The notes: a model not told the origin generated them from the sequence alone. Positions 40,267 to 54,408 are shown, counted from the stretch's first letter. The stretch is DNA of 64,000 nucleotides from Octopus sinensis (GCF_006345805.1 NC_042997.1:90458001-90522000), one strand, 5' to 3'. Numbers and translations: made by a program.

Positions 40267-41978
40267 ATATGTATGTATATATTTCCATATGATCTTTTGA
40301 TTTGAATATGATACGCCAGTGTTTTGTCTGGCATACTACATTGTAACAAGAGTAGTAATACAACACCAATCCCGTATGTTACATGAATGGTGAAGAAAGG
40401 GAGAAAGGAAACAAGGAAGAAGAAGAAGAAGAAGAAGAAGAAGAAGAAGAAGAAGAAGAAGAAGAAGAAGAAGAAGAAGAAGAAGAAGAAGAAGGACAAC
40501 AACAACAACAACAACAACTGCAATACCGACAGCGACAACAACACCAACAGCAACTATAAGCGACAACAACACCAACAGCAACTATAAGCGACAACAACAC
40601 CAACAGCAACTATAAGTTCGACTACTGTTACAAGAAAGTAAAAAAAAAGCATAAATAAGAACGTAAAATTAATATGTTGCTGGTTTTTTCAATCCCAGGT
40701 TAGCCCCGTGATCGAGTATATCTTTTAGATCAAAGCCACTCTAGCCGTGACCATCCCATTTTTTCTCAGAGAGTTCGTCTCAGATTGGTGTTGATAGTGA
40801 TGTTGGTGTTGGTGTTGGTAGTGGTGGTGATAGTGATGGTGGGGGTGGGATGGGAGTGGAGGTGCGGGTGATAGTGGTAGGGATTGTTGCGTTGTATGTA
40901 GCGATAATCATGTTAGCTGTGGGACGGGGCTTTGGTTATTGTACGGTGTATTTAATCGCCTATTATTATTCTATACAAAACTAGGATAGATTATAGGAAT
41001 ACTCACTCAACCCGTTTCTTGACAACTACTTTGTTGTTGTAGATGCTGCTGCCGGTGGCGGCTGTGGTGAGCTTTTTTTCAGTCCCATGTCAGCTTTGAT
41101 CGAGCAGACCTATGATCAATGGTAGTGGGGGTTCCGACCTCGATCATCCCAACTCTTTTTGTATAACAGGGTCTACATCGTCTTTTTTTTCCTGCCTTTG
41201 GGCAATAGGTATGATTTGGGTTAGATTTGGCTGCTATTTCTAGCAGATGCTTCCTTATCTTATGTCGTCATAGTTGGTGTTGGTGTCATTAAGCCGGACA
41301 AAATGCTTAGCGGTATTTCATCCGTCTTTACGTTTTGAGTTCAAATGCCACCAAGGTCGGCTTTGCCGTTCATCCTTTCGATGTTGATAAAATAAATACC
41401 AGTCAAGTACTGAGTCTGTTGTGATCGACTTTCACCCCATAAAAAAAAACTATTGGCCCTGTGACCAAATTCGAAATCGATATTACTATTATTGAGCCCC
41501 AAGTCAAAGGCTTTCCAGCCATGACTTCCCCTCAATTTTCCTGCTGTGGTAGCTTTAAGGTGACATAATTAATGTGCCAAGTGGTTACAGCGTTGCACTC
41601 AAGATCGCACGACTGTGGTTTCAATTCCTGGACTAGTTTGGGTGTTGTGTTCTTGAGAATAACACTTCATCACACGCTGCTCTGCGATTACTTTGACATC
41701 TGATGTGTGGTACACTGTGCACCTGTTAAGATATTGTAGATCTGATGGAGAGAGTGAACTAAAGTACATCACATACATTTGATCACTATAATAATATCAT
41801 TTGAGCAGGTCATTCTGCAAGAAATTGCAAAACCGTCTTTCTCAGGACTATGAATGACAGCCATCATTATCTAACGTAACTATCTCTATCTGTATATTAA
41901 TTTCCTTTCTTTTTCATATTGTTTTCTCTTTTTGTTTCTTCTTATATCTAACGGTTGTTATATCTTTCTCAATTCGCC

Positions 41979-42054
<76 letters not shown>

Positions 42055-42326
42055 AATAATAAGGGTAGAGAAATGATATTAATCAATTAAAACCAGTGGC
42101 TTAGCATATTTAAAAGATCCGAAGATTAAAAATTGTGTTACATACAAAATTTAGAGGAATGATCACTAAAGTGGACACCCTTTATGCTAAACATAGACGT
42201 CAAATTGCCATTACCACGAAGAATGTGGTAAAAAGACAATATATATATATATAAATGTGACCGCGTGTGTACCGTTGGTGATTTTTTTCTTCCGTCTTCC
42301 CTTCTTTGGGTCTTTCCTTTTCCTAT

Positions 42327-42361
42327 GTTTCTGACGAAGAGCTCCGCTCGAAACGTTAAAC
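42327..42361 (+). ncRNA. Minimal hammerhead ribozyme motif in a ~200-bp repeat (42258-42465)
   Basis: GTTT CTGACGA(42331) A-GAGC-TCC-GCTC GAAA(42350) CG TT AAAC. Stem III is reduced to the palindrome ACGT. Confidence 0.7.
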
Positions 42362-42510
42362 CCTCCTTCTTCCCTTCTTTCCTGATCGTCCAATAATACT
42401 ATACTTGTTCCACATCCTCGCGTTGTTGTGTTTTTCTCTTGTGTTTTCATGATTGGATTAACTATAACACACACACACATATATATCATAGTGTATATAT
42501 ATATTATATA

Positions 42511-42547
<37 letters not shown>

Positions 42548-42600
42548 TATGTATGTATGTATACATACATACATACACACACACACACCACACACACAAT

Positions 42601-42810
42601 GGGGTGCTGCATAGTTCCTGACTTTAAGGGTATCGTGAAAGACCTTGTTGGAGGCCAAACTTTCCGAGTTCATTTACAGGGTTTAGAAAACTCGAAGGAC
42701 TGCAGCAATAAGAGCGTGAATCTGAGAGGGGAATATGCTGAATAAAATCATAATTAACTGATCTTCCTGTATTTTCTTTTATGCAAACCCACGATCTTTT
42801 AAGCTCCCCA
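42601..42810 (+). mobile_element. Short mariner-derived element (transposase C-terminal remnant, diverged TIRs)
   Basis: Translation GLENSKDCSNKSVNLRGEYAE* resembles the mariner end G..KL..RW.KC...GEY.E*; bounded by GGGG...CCCC ends. Confidence 0.45.
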
Positions 42811-44410
42811 AAGTACATGTATATATGTATGTATGTATATATGTATGTATACATGTATGTATACATGCATGTATGTATGTATGTATGTATGCATGCATGA
42901 GTGCATGGATGTATGCATTTATATATGTGTATGTGTGTTTGTTTCCTTCACAGCTTGATACCCGGTGCTGGTTTGTTAACATCCCCATAACTTAACAACA
43001 GTAACCAACAGAATAAGTACCAGACTTTAAAAAAAAGCACTGATGTCGATTGATCCAAATTTTAGCACAAGACTAACAATTTTGGGTAGGGGTGGTAAAT
43101 CAATTACATCGACCCCAGTGCTCAGCTGGTACTTGTTTTATCGACCACGAAACATAGAAAATCAAAGTCCCTCGACGAAATTTGAACTGAGAACGTAAAG
43201 ACGGGCGAAATGCCTCTAAACAAACGATTCTGCCAGCTAACCCCCTTAAGGCAATAATAATAATAACCTTTTCTATTATAGACACAAGACCTGAAAATTT
43301 GGGGGAGGGGGCTCGTCGATTACACCGACTCCAGTGCTCAATTGGTATTTATTTCATCGACCCCGAAAGGATGAAAGGCAAAGTTGACTTCGGCGGAATT
43401 TGAACTCAGAACGTAGGGACGAACGAAATACCGCTAAGCATTTTGCCCTGCGTGCAAACGGTTCTGCCAGCTCGCCACCTTAAGTTAATAAGTAATAATA
43501 ATAATAATGATAATAATAATGACAATAATAATAATAATTAGAATAATTAGAATAATAATAATTACAACAACAACACAATGGAGTGTGAGTTGCGGGAGAT
43601 TTGGCTGTTATGTTTAGTTTGTCAATGACAACTTTTGAGAGGCTCCCTTCTCCCGTGTTGGAGTCAGTACTGTGATGATGGTGTAGCGGTCGTGTAATGT
43701 GTGTTTGCTTCAACCATGGTTGTATACTGTTGTTATTGTTATTGTTATTGTTGTTGTTTCTGTTGCTATAGTAGTTATTGTTGTTGCTACTATTGTTACT
43801 GTTATTATTGTTGTGATATTTGTTATTGTTGTTATTTGAGTTGTTGTTATACCATTGTTGTTAATTGTTGATGTTTTTGTTGTCAGTAACGTCTTTGTTG
43901 TTCTGTTTGTTCGTTTTTGACTGATTGCAAAGATTTGTCTTCTACGGACATCCGGGTCAATTAATTACCTATCAGTGGCTAATTATGGGGTATCGTTACA
44001 GTTTCAAATGGAGTGAGGTGGTCGTTGTGTGTTGCATACTCAAACAGACGTGACAGAGGTGGTGGGCAGATGCTACCGGAAGACTATGGTGGTCTGGTTA
44101 ATAGAAATGGTAGGAAGTAGAAAGATTATGACCGTAGAGATGGTGGGAATCGATTACAAGACCTGTTATTGTTGTTGTTGTTGTTGTTATTTTTCATCCC
44201 AGGGTCAAACCTAATCAAGCAGATATATAATCAAAGACACACCAGCTGCGATCAACTCGCCTTTTTAAGTGTATGGTATGCAGTAGCAGTCCTCAAACTT
44301 CGCTTTTTCTCACCACATACTGGTTTCATGCAAGACAATTTTTCTGCGGATCTGGGAATCATAGGTATAACAAAACACAGTAAAGTGCATAATATATCAT
44401 TCAATTATTG

Positions 44411-44462
<52 letters not shown>

Positions 44463-44469
44463 ATATACA

Positions 44470-44707
44470 CAGGGTGGCCCAAAAGTAGGTTTACAGTTAT
44501 TCAACTATCTCTTTCGCATTTATATATTAGCGGTTTAGATCATAAATTATTAAAAAAAATATGAAACCATTATTCTATGCTAATTCAGTTAATTTTGTCA
44601 AGCTCCCTTTTCCGGTTGTAAGATAGAAATTTAAATGCAATAAAATGTTTTAAAAGAAATTTAAAATGCCTATGTGATAACTGTAAACCTCCTTTTGGGC
44701 CACCCTG
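44470..44707. mobile_element. Tc1/mariner-type MITE (238 bp)
   Basis: 31-bp TIRs CAGGGTGGCCCAAAAGTAGGTTTACAGTTAT / ATAACTGTAAACCTCCTTTTGGGCCACCCTG, with TA on the right flank. Confidence 0.85.
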
Positions 44708-44727
44708 TACACACACACACACACACA

Positions 44728-44804
<77 letters not shown>

Positions 44805-44806
<2 letters not shown>

Positions 44807-45282
44807 CGTTAAAGAGGACAGAGTTAATTTGCTCCCGGAGACCTCTCGAAAAGCAAAAACTCGTAAATAAATGGTAATAAAACAACAGCAGAATGTAAAG
44901 AATATTTTATGTAAAATAAAGAGAATGTCAATATCATTTATTATAAAAAATATTTATTATTATAATCGTTTTCTAAATCACTTTCATTCGCTCTAGGCTC
45001 GCGCATACTATCACCTGTAGACGCGATCGCCGATTCACAAGCACTCGTAGATTTCTGTTTAAAAAACAAGTCTAGAGTTGTTTGCTTAGAAGAAACTTTT
45101 TGCACTCTCTGCAAATTTCTCGGTAATACGCAGCAGAATTTGTTATGGCAGTAGAAAATTTTGCACTTCATTAAAAAATTTGGATCTTGTGCTTGAAAAA
45201 TTTCAGCTCATCATACAAAAGTGAGCTGAAAAATAAACTCGTAAACCCGGGATCCGGTAAAGCGAGTCCTCGTAAAGTGAGA
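44805..45282 (-). mobile_element. Probable pogo/Tigger-derived deletion derivative
   Basis: ORF 44941-45171 carries KQTTLDLFF (QxxLxxFF PIP-box, as in pogo/Tigger transposase C-termini). Subterminal CTCGTAAA repeats are present. Confidence 0.4.
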
Positions 45283-45697
45283 TATTCTTCAAGGTGGTGC
45301 CCCAGCATGGCCACAGTCTAATGACTGAAACAAATAAAAGATAAAAGATTAAAAAATGCACACACACACACACACAAGTGTTTGTTTTTCTCGTCCTTCC
45401 AGTTTGATGAATTCGATGTCGTGAGATTTAGTTTCAACGATATCGATATTCGTATTAGAAAACATGAGCAGAGAGAGGGGGGAGATAGGGGAACAGAGAG
45501 AGAGAGGGGGGAAAGAGAGTTCCAAGCAGACGTATTTCTATCAATATGAATGGGTAAAGTGATTATTAAGTTTTTGAAGACGTAAGATACTCTTAAGATG
45601 ACTAAAAGACGAGAAGCGTCGGAGACGGTTGGGAAGTAGTTCTTGGTTCAAAAATAAGTACAACAGCGTTACCCAGAAATTTTGAAAGAAATTTAAA

Positions 45698-45901
45698 TCC
45701 TTTAACATTTAAATAGGCCATATCCGGCACCAAAATCATACCTGTTATATGTTCAAACTGATCAGACCTGGTCTCTTACACCTACCCCACAACATCATTC
45801 TTATAATATACAATCATATCTTCAAAATCTCAGAGCTACAAGATAATGCATGATTAATTTTAAAAAAAAGCATTTGACAGAGTAATCTGAATGTTAAAGG
45901 G
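45698..45901. mobile_element. TTAA-associated MITE (piggyBac/Kolobok-like)
   Basis: TIRs TCCTTTAACATTTA / TGAATGTTAAAGGG, followed by TTAA at 45902; TTAAA lies on the left. Confidence 0.55.
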
Positions 45902-46999
45902 TTAAATAATACAAAACCTCAGGCCGAGTGAACTAAGAGGGTAAACACATTTTTTCTATACTCTTAATGTGCTGGAGTAAAAGAGGAGTCTCCTGCCGGA
46001 CCGTTCCATGGTTTATTTCTGCTCATGAGGGTAAAAAACGTAACCAACTGCATTCACAAGTCAAAAATAGCATATTACGTTCAGCTATGGTGTAAAACAG
46101 CTCAAGTTAGCCTAGCACCACGGTGGCCTAATCAGCATATTTGTACTTTTGATGGGAATTCTATGTACAGTATAAAGTTTATGTTGTGTTGAGCGGATAA
46201 CAAATTGTGAGACAGTCTGTCAAGAGACTTCGTGCCCCCTTTAATAGCACAAAAACAATGTATTTACATTTTTAGCCCATATACATCGATATTTTGCAAA
46301 ATATACATGTATACATAGCTTCCTACTTACATACATACATACATACATAAAATAAACATTATATTTTGCCAAAAGTAGCTTTACTGTACCATAGGGTATT
46401 GACATATATACACACAAAGATATGCGCGGGTGTGTGTGTATGGAGAGAGAAAGAGGGGAGATGAGAAGGAGAAGGAGAGAAGGCGAGACAGAGAGAGAAA
46501 GAGAGAGAGTGAGAGAAACAGAGACAGAGTGGAAGATATGGAAGAAAATATCTATTTGTAAAAAGATTAAATTGAGAGAATGGTTTAGTTTGTGGCGGTG
46601 GTGGTGGTGGTGGTGGTTATGGTTGTGTATGTGTGTATGTGCATTTATATATCAGACGGTGTACGCGCGCGAGTGTGTACGAGTGTATGCGTTTGGAAAA
46701 CACAGTGTAACAGTGTATGAGAGAGAGAAAGAGAAAGAAAGAGAGAGAGAGAGAGAGAGATGTGTATCTGGTAGAAAGGTGAGAAATGTAATGGTGTGAA
46801 GGTTGGTGTGTACGGGTATCAAATTCTACGAGAACCGCCTTAAAAGTCAGAAAGCAACCAGGGGCGAACCGTGGTACCCGTATCATACCTCATTCGATCC
46901 TCATCTTGCACTCCATCATGGCTTATGTTAATGGACGTGAGGCTGTGTTAGGGATGAGAGCAAACCACAAGAGATATGGGTATCCCTCCTATCATCTCA

Positions 47000-47096
<97 letters not shown>

Positions 47097-47326
47097 CAGC
47101 CAGCCAGCCAGCCATCTATCCATTTATCTATCTCTCAGTCTGTCTGCTTCGCTTTCTCTATCTCACTGTCTCTGTCTCTTTCTCCCACGATTTTTCTCTC
47201 TTTCTCGCTTTCTCTCTCTCTTTTTCTCTCTATCTCTCTATCTCTCTCTGTTTTGGGTGTAAATACAGGGTGGGCCATAAGTCATGCACCAAAGCATTAC
47301 ATTTTATTTATATTGCGTTATTATTA

Positions 47327-47357
<31 letters not shown>

Positions 47358-47408
47358 CTATTATTATTATTATTATTTATATTATTATTATTATTATTAT
47401 TAATTAAC

Positions 47409-47456
<48 letters not shown>

Positions 47457-47465
47457 TATAATATA

Positions 47466-47528
<63 letters not shown>

Positions 47529-47707
47529 ACGTCTATACGGCTTTTTTTTTTATCATAGAAATATTTTTTCACCCGGTTATGTTTTCGAAATTAGTGATGA
47601 TCGAAACTTTTATTTTCTTTTGTCATCAGTCGATTAATGCAGTTGAAAATATGATCATATTAAGAGTCTTATCTCTCTCTCCGTCCGTCTCTCTCCCACT
47701 CTCTCTT

Positions 47708-47748
<41 letters not shown>

Positions 47749-48376
47749 CTCATACACACACGCACACTCATAAACACACACTCATACGCACAAACACAAA
47801 CACACACACACAAACATAGATAAACAGAATGAAAAAGAATTACAGTTAGACCTACGACACAAAGAGAGGTACAGAAGGATAGAGATAGACAAAAAAGAAA
47901 AAGACGAAGGATCAGCAAAAACAAAAAAATCAAGAAAGAAAAGAAGAGACAAATAGACAAGGAAAATACATAGATTGATAGAGAGATAACCAGATAGACA
48001 GATCTAACAATAGAACGACAGAGAGAAAGAGCGACAAAATCGGCGAAGTACATATGTTACATTCTACAGTAAACCCAATGTCGTCTGTCTGTGAGTGTAT
48101 GTGTCAGACAGAATCTCCATTTAATTGTTATTTAATCCCGTCTGTCTTTCAACTAGTTCTCCACCCTAATGATAGCCTGTATGTCTTTTACTTAGCAGGT
48201 TACGTTGTTATCTGGCTATATTGCTTGAAGTGTTATACTTTCCAGCTCTGCTTAATACTAAGCTTTCATCTCCCTCTCTGCTGCTTACACCCGTTTAGCC
48301 CTTTTGTACCGATGACAGGGTTATCGTATGTGTAAAGACCTGTTTCAGCATGTGAACATGTATGTATGTATGTATG

Positions 48377-48410
<34 letters not shown>

Positions 48411-48527
48411 TGTATGTGTATGTATGTATGACTGGCTGGATGGATGGATGGATTAATGCATCTGTATATTGCATATTGTACATGTGTGTCTCTGTGTGTG
48501 TAATATATAGGTGTGTATGTATATATA

Positions 48528-48614
<87 letters not shown>

Positions 48615-48714
48615 GCGGGCGAGAGGTCAAACGAAAGACGGAAGCAGTCAACACATTTAGTAGGTATTACATATATTATTATGTAAAACAATGTGAATCG
48701 GACCGATACAACTT

Positions 48715-48872
48715 AAAATTTCGTAGACTTCTTACAGAAACCTAACTCGTCCAAATGGAGGGATACAGGAAGTTCAAGATGGCTACCAAAACGACTACTT
48801 GGATTTCCTGGACCCCTCCATTTGGTTAACCGATCTCGACGAGCTAGATTTCTCTCAGAAGCCTACAAAAGC
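48715..48872. repeat. Imperfect ~155-bp fold-back palindrome
   Basis: GTAGACTTCTTACAGAAACCTAACTCGTC pairs with GACGAGCTAGATTTCTCTCAGAAGCCTAC. CCAAATGGAGGGATACAGGAAGTTCAAG pairs with CTTGGATTTCCTGGACCCCTCCATTTGG. Confidence 0.75.
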
Positions 48873-49147
48873 TTATGTCGCATAGATATGAATGAAACTG
48901 TTTTAAATATCAATATATGTATACCGTCCTTTCTTTGATTAAATAGTGAATTTTAATACTGATTTAAAATTTTGACAAGAGGTGAATCGATTACATCAGA
49001 GATGTACCTGCCAAGCCAGAGATTTGATCAATCTGAGGCTGTGTGTTGAAATTAAAGCAATATACAGCGTGGAAGACATATCAACAATTCGAAAGCACAG
49101 AAACTCTTTACAGTTAAATGTTTTTGTGTGTCCTTGAGTAGCCAATA

Positions 49148-49724
49148 CAGTAGTTCTCAACCATTTTCTTCTTATGGACTCCTTTGATTCCTATTCCACC
49201 AGAGTGGTTTCCCATAGCCATTCGATGTTTAAAAAAGTTCTATTGTATTTTTATAATTTATATTTTTAGGAACTGTATTTAAAAAAATGGTAAAATATTT
49301 TGTATATTGTAGGAGTATAAGCGGAGGCGCAATGGCCCAGTGGTTAGGGCAGCGGACTCGCGGTCGGAGGATCGCGGTTTCGATTCCTAGACCGGGCGTT
49401 GTGTGTGTTTATTGAGCGAAAGCACCTCCATGACGGTCCGGAAGGGGGGGGGGTGACCGCTGTTGTACTCTATCGCCAAAACTTTCTCTCACTCTTTCTT
49501 CCTGTTTCTTGAGTAACGCTGCGATGGACTGGCGTCCCGTCCAGGTGGAGGGAACACATACGCCACAGAAACAGGGAAACCGAGCCCATGGGCTTGGCTA
49601 GGCTTGAAAAGGGCGACAAGCAAACAAGCAAGAAGTATAACCAATTTATTGCACATAAATTTTAACGACAACATCTTATATGCATTCCCTCAAGGGTCAT
49701 ATGAACCCCGGTTGAGAACCACTA
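49148..49724. mobile_element. hAT (Charlie-type) MITE containing a nested SINE
   Basis: TIRs CAGTAGTTCTCAACC / GGTTGAGAACCACTA; 8-bp TSD AGCCAATA / AGCTAATA (7 of 8 match). Confidence 0.8.
49322..49632 (+). mobile_element. tRNA-derived SINE family D nested in the hAT MITE
   Basis: tRNA-like head GGAGGCGCAATGGCCCAGTGGTTAG...GGTTTCGATTCC; flanked by an AGTATAA direct repeat. Confidence 0.8.
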
Positions 49725-49896
49725 AGCTAATATATGTCTTGAGTGGTTAATATGTATCTCCCTGTAATCATTTTTAAAAATATGATAGGGGAGTTTCAAT
49801 GCAAAAATTAGATTTCAAATATTATGCCAGTATTTTTGAAAGAGTACACTGGTTCCAATTTCAATCCCACTTCGTGGCATCTTAAGCCACTATCAC

Positions 49897-50222
49897 TTTT
49901 ACTCTGCGTGCATGAGCGAAAGTAGGGTATTGTAATCACTCGTTTTTGTCTGTTTGTTTGCGCGTTTGCAAAATTACTGGAAAATAGCTGAACGGATTTT
50001 TACCACATTGGGTGAGTGGTTCGGAATGATGAACATTTGGTTTTATTATCTTTAAAAATAAATAAATTTTAAATCGAACTTACAAATTTCCTGATAAGCA
50101 AGTGGTCATATTATTTTGTTCACTTTCTTTTTCATATGAATCGACCCTCGTCTGCGTGTGTATAGATCATGGTGTACCAATGCGCGTAGACACATGTGCG
50201 TGCGTACATACATATGCGACTT

Positions 50223-50254
<32 letters not shown>

Positions 50255-50468
50255 CTTGTGTGTGCCTGTGTGTGTATACACTGATGGATTCGAGGGATTC
50301 TTTTATATTCCAGTTTTCTTATTTTGACCGGAGTATAAATTCCTATAAAAAAAAAATCAATTCAGTTCAATTAAAAAGCATGGGTATGCAACGCATTGTA
50401 AACCACAATTTGCGAAAAAAAATTACCAGCGCGCAGAGTATGCATCACCCCTCCGATGCCAGTTTTTT
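49897..50468 (+). mobile_element. Helentron-associated non-autonomous element (HINE/DINE-1-like)
   Basis: Subterminal inverted repeats TACTCTGCGTGC (49900) / GCGCGCAGAGTA (50429), internal GTCTGTTTGTTTG, a 3' hairpin GCATC-ACCCCTCC-GATGC, then a T-run. Confidence 0.65.
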
Positions 50469-51074
50469 CATTTCACTATTCTATTTATTTATTGTGACCC
50501 AATTCAGCCTAACCCTTGTAAGTGAAAATGGGTAAAAGAAAACTGTGCAGAAGTACGTCCAGCTCCATCACATACAGAGTCCCGCTCGATCTGATGGGAA
50601 CTATATTAAGCGTATTCTGTGTATCTGTGAAATACTCAGCCACTTATACGCTAATTCAATAAGCAGTTAGTCAAACAACAGAAAGCTCATCGTCAGAAAT
50701 TCTCACGAGATTCATTTTATTCATATTTATTGTAAGGTTATGGAACAAGAGCAAGATTCTAAATTTGGGAATTGCGAATTTAGGGGATTCGGAGTCAAAG
50801 GCAATGTGATACTTGCAAAATTGCTGAATTTTTTACAAGTAAATATTTTGCTGGAAACGAAGGCTTTAAAGCAGTGGTTCTCAGCTCTTTTTTACATATG
50901 GACCCTTTGTTCACCATTTTATTCCGCATATCTATTCGATGTCTAAAAACTATTTTTATAGATACTTCTTTCAAAATTCTTATTTTGTTATTCACTCATT
51001 CACTTGTATTATGTTAGAGAGAAAAAAAACGAACCTAGCTGTTTCTTTATTATTATAGATAATTTATATATATA

Positions 51075-51112
<38 letters not shown>

Positions 51113-51194
51113 TATATATATATACACACATATATATATATATACACATATATATACATACACACATGTATATATATATATTATATATATATAT

Positions 51195-51225
<31 letters not shown>

Positions 51226-51819
51226 GGGGGGAGAGAGAGAGAGAGAGAGAGAGAGAAAAGAGAAGAAGAAGAAGAAGAAGAAGAAGAAGAAGAAGAAGAG
51301 AAGAAGAAGAAGAAGAAGAAGAAGAGAAGAAGAAGAAGAAGAAGAATGCATATGAGAGGAGGGAGGTGGGAGGCGGGGAAAGAAATAAGAAAGAGGAGAG
51401 GGAATAAGAAACGATAGAGAAAACGTATAATGTAAAAATAGAAATATTTGCCACGTGTTTGCCGCCATGCAGTCACACTTCGGTCACGCGCCGTCACCCA
51501 ATCTTTCAATCGCACCGTTTAGCTTAAATAAACACATTAACAAAACGGAATGAAAGAAAATAACGAAAACAACCACCTACTTAACCACCAGTAATTTTTT
51601 GCTCGTCTTAGTTAACTCACAACTTATGGTTTACCTCATAAAGCGTATCTCCCGACCTTTGCCACGTTCACTGCTACCCTAATGCTTACTCTGATCAATT
51701 GCTTCATAAAACGTGTCTGCGTTTAATGTTTATAAATCCATTTCCGGAAATAATTTTAACACCCACCATCTTTGTTCATTTACTCTCCCGGTTTTCTATT
51801 CATCATTCGTTGCTTTTTA

Positions 51820-52183
51820 TTCTTTTATTCTTTTACTTGTTTCAGTCATTTGTTTGCGGCCATGCTGGAGTGCCGCCTTAAAGGGCTTTTTAGTCGAAGA
51901 AATCGACTCCAAGATTTATTCTTGTAAGTCTGATACTTATTCTATTTGTCTGTTTTGCCGAACTGCTAACTTACGGAAACATGTCAACATGTAAAGCAAT
52001 AGTGGAAGAACAAACACAGACACTAAGACACACACAAATACGCATAAATATATACATATATGTATACACACACACACGGTGGGCTTCTTTCAGTTTTCGT
52101 CTACCAAATCCACTTACAAGATTTTGGTCGGCCCGAGTCTATAGTAGAAGATATTTACCCAAGGTGCCATGCAGTGGGAATGA
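51820..52183 (-). mobile_element. SINE family A, head lost at the junction with Tc1
   Basis: Homologous to 9986-10468. Confidence 0.8.
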
Positions 52184-52184
52184 A

Positions 52185-53347
52185 CGAGGTGTGGACACGT
52201 ACAAAGTTTGAATTGTTTCCAAAGGAATTTTTGTCCTTTCTTCAGCTAAAATAGTCTCCAGTTCTTGTAGTGATGATAGTGGAGGATAACGACTCCTTAT
52301 TTGTTTTTCTAAAATGCACCGCAAATGTTCAATAATATTGAGATCTGGGGACTGTGGTGGCCAGATAAGATGTTCAACTTCACAAGAATATTGCTCATGC
52401 CATTCAGTAACAACTTTAGCTGTGTGAATTGGTGCATTATCATCCTGAAAGATTGCGTTTCCCCTCCGTAAACAGTTCCACAACCATAGGATTAATTTGA
52501 TCAGATAAATTCTTAAATAGTCTGCCATGAAGGGAAACCATTGGACTGGCTGAGTTCCAAGATATATCCCCCCCAAATCATCACAGATCCTCCTCCATGT
52601 TTAACAGTTGGAAGAAGGCAGAATGAGTCAAATGCTTCTTTTGGCTGTCTCCACGTGTATATTTGACCGGTGGTCGGAAATACGGTAAAGGATGACTCGT
52701 CCAAGAAAATAACATATTTCCACTGCCCTAGGGACCAATTCTGTAGGTTTTTACTCCACTCTAAACGCTTTACAACGTATGCTTTTGAAAGTAGTGGTTA
52801 TCTGATTACAGCCCTCCCGGGAAATTCGGCTTTGTGCAGCTCCCGGCGAACAGTTTTTGTGGAAACTGGGTTCTTGAGGTGGTCATTAAGTTCTGCAGTA
52901 ATTCTGGGAGCTGCACTTTTGTGATCCTTTCTAACAATTCGTGTAAGAGTCCGACGGTCCCTATCTAAAAGTTTTGATTTTATTCCAGAGTTTTGTTTCG
53001 ACGAAGAGGTTTTTTCTTCCTTCATAAAGGCTGTCATTACTTTCAAGACAATACTTCTTGATACACCAAACATTTTGGCTGTTTTCGTTATGCTAGCGCC
53101 TGTCATACGAGCACCAACAATTTGACTTCTTTGAAGGTCCGATAGAGCTGTCATTTTAATGAATTTTAATTACCTATTTTCTGATGATATCTGAAAAGAA
53201 ACAGCAATTTTAGCAAAACATATTATGCAACATTAATAATAAATAAAAAAAACATATAAAAATAAACAAGCTTTTAACAGTTTTATAGATATTTCAAAAT
53301 TATGATGATATGATGCTAGGTGTTTCCATTATTTTGTCCAACCCCTG
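52185..53347 (-). mobile_element. Tc1-family DNA transposon, degenerate DD34E transposase, one TIR retained
   Basis: Paired-like HTH N-terminus (ORF 52798-53154), DESSF, VKHGGGSVMIWG, and FQDDNAPIH...WPPQSPDLNIIE. TIR TA|CAGGGGTTGGACAAAATAATGGAAACACC at 53347. Stops and frameshifts are present. Confidence 0.93.
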
Positions 53348-54366
53348 TATATATATTTCGCTTAGGCATTGCAAGTCGAATAACCTGGTGTAGAACTCAA
53401 TATACGTATGTTTCAGAACAAAGTGTTTGATGAGTATAGATCGATATTATGAAAAAGAGATAATGTAAGAGAAACAACGGTTATGAAGACGCGGGACCTA
53501 GTGGTTAGATCGTTGCACTTACATCGCTAGATAGTGGGTTTTATCACAGGACCGGGCGACACCTTTCTCCTTATTGTCGATAAAACTAAGAATAAGTCCA
53601 AAGAGGTGATTAGGCAGCGTTGTTAGAACGTCGTTTCAAATGTCTTTGCCATATTTGTTTCGGCCTTTTGAGTTCTGCGTTCTTGGATGGTAGAATTCAT
53701 CCGACACCCAGTTTAACATTACCACATAGTCCTTGTGCGTCTTTAGCGAAGATCATTGTGTTGCAAGCAATCGGGCCATACTAACAATTAGAACTTAACT
53801 TCCCCTCTTTCTTCCATTAGTCTCTGAGCCTCTGGAAAAATACAGAGCCATGAGTGCCGTCCTTCCTACCTTGAATAAACGGTATAACAAATTAAAGCGT
53901 TATCCAATATATCGATCTCTTTAGTATGTAGTTTGAGAGAAAGAGATTTAGCTGCTATGCCGAGCAGACCATGCAGCAACATAGTGTCTTCCTCGTTGAC
54001 AAGGCATAACAAGTGTAAATTACCCGGGCGTCACGGTGTAACACATACAACGACTAAGAGGTGTTGGTGCGAGGAGTTTTTCCCAAAATCTCATTTTTAA
54101 CCCTGTTATTTTCCTCTCCTTCTATGTTTGGGTGTGAAGTAGAACGAATCAAAAGACCGCTGGGAGAAGTAAGTAGCGAAATAGAATTTCTGGTGCAAAT
54201 AATATATGAATATGTAATTATGGAAACAAAAAATATATTTCCTTATTTTTCTAAAATTTCGTTCAGTATTTCATAATTTTGTTATTGATATTTTAATGCT
54301 TCTTTTCTTTTTTCTGTTTTTTTCTGGTTCGTTCTTTATTAAGTCACATAATACGTATGTGTGTAC

Positions 54367-54408
<42 letters not shown>

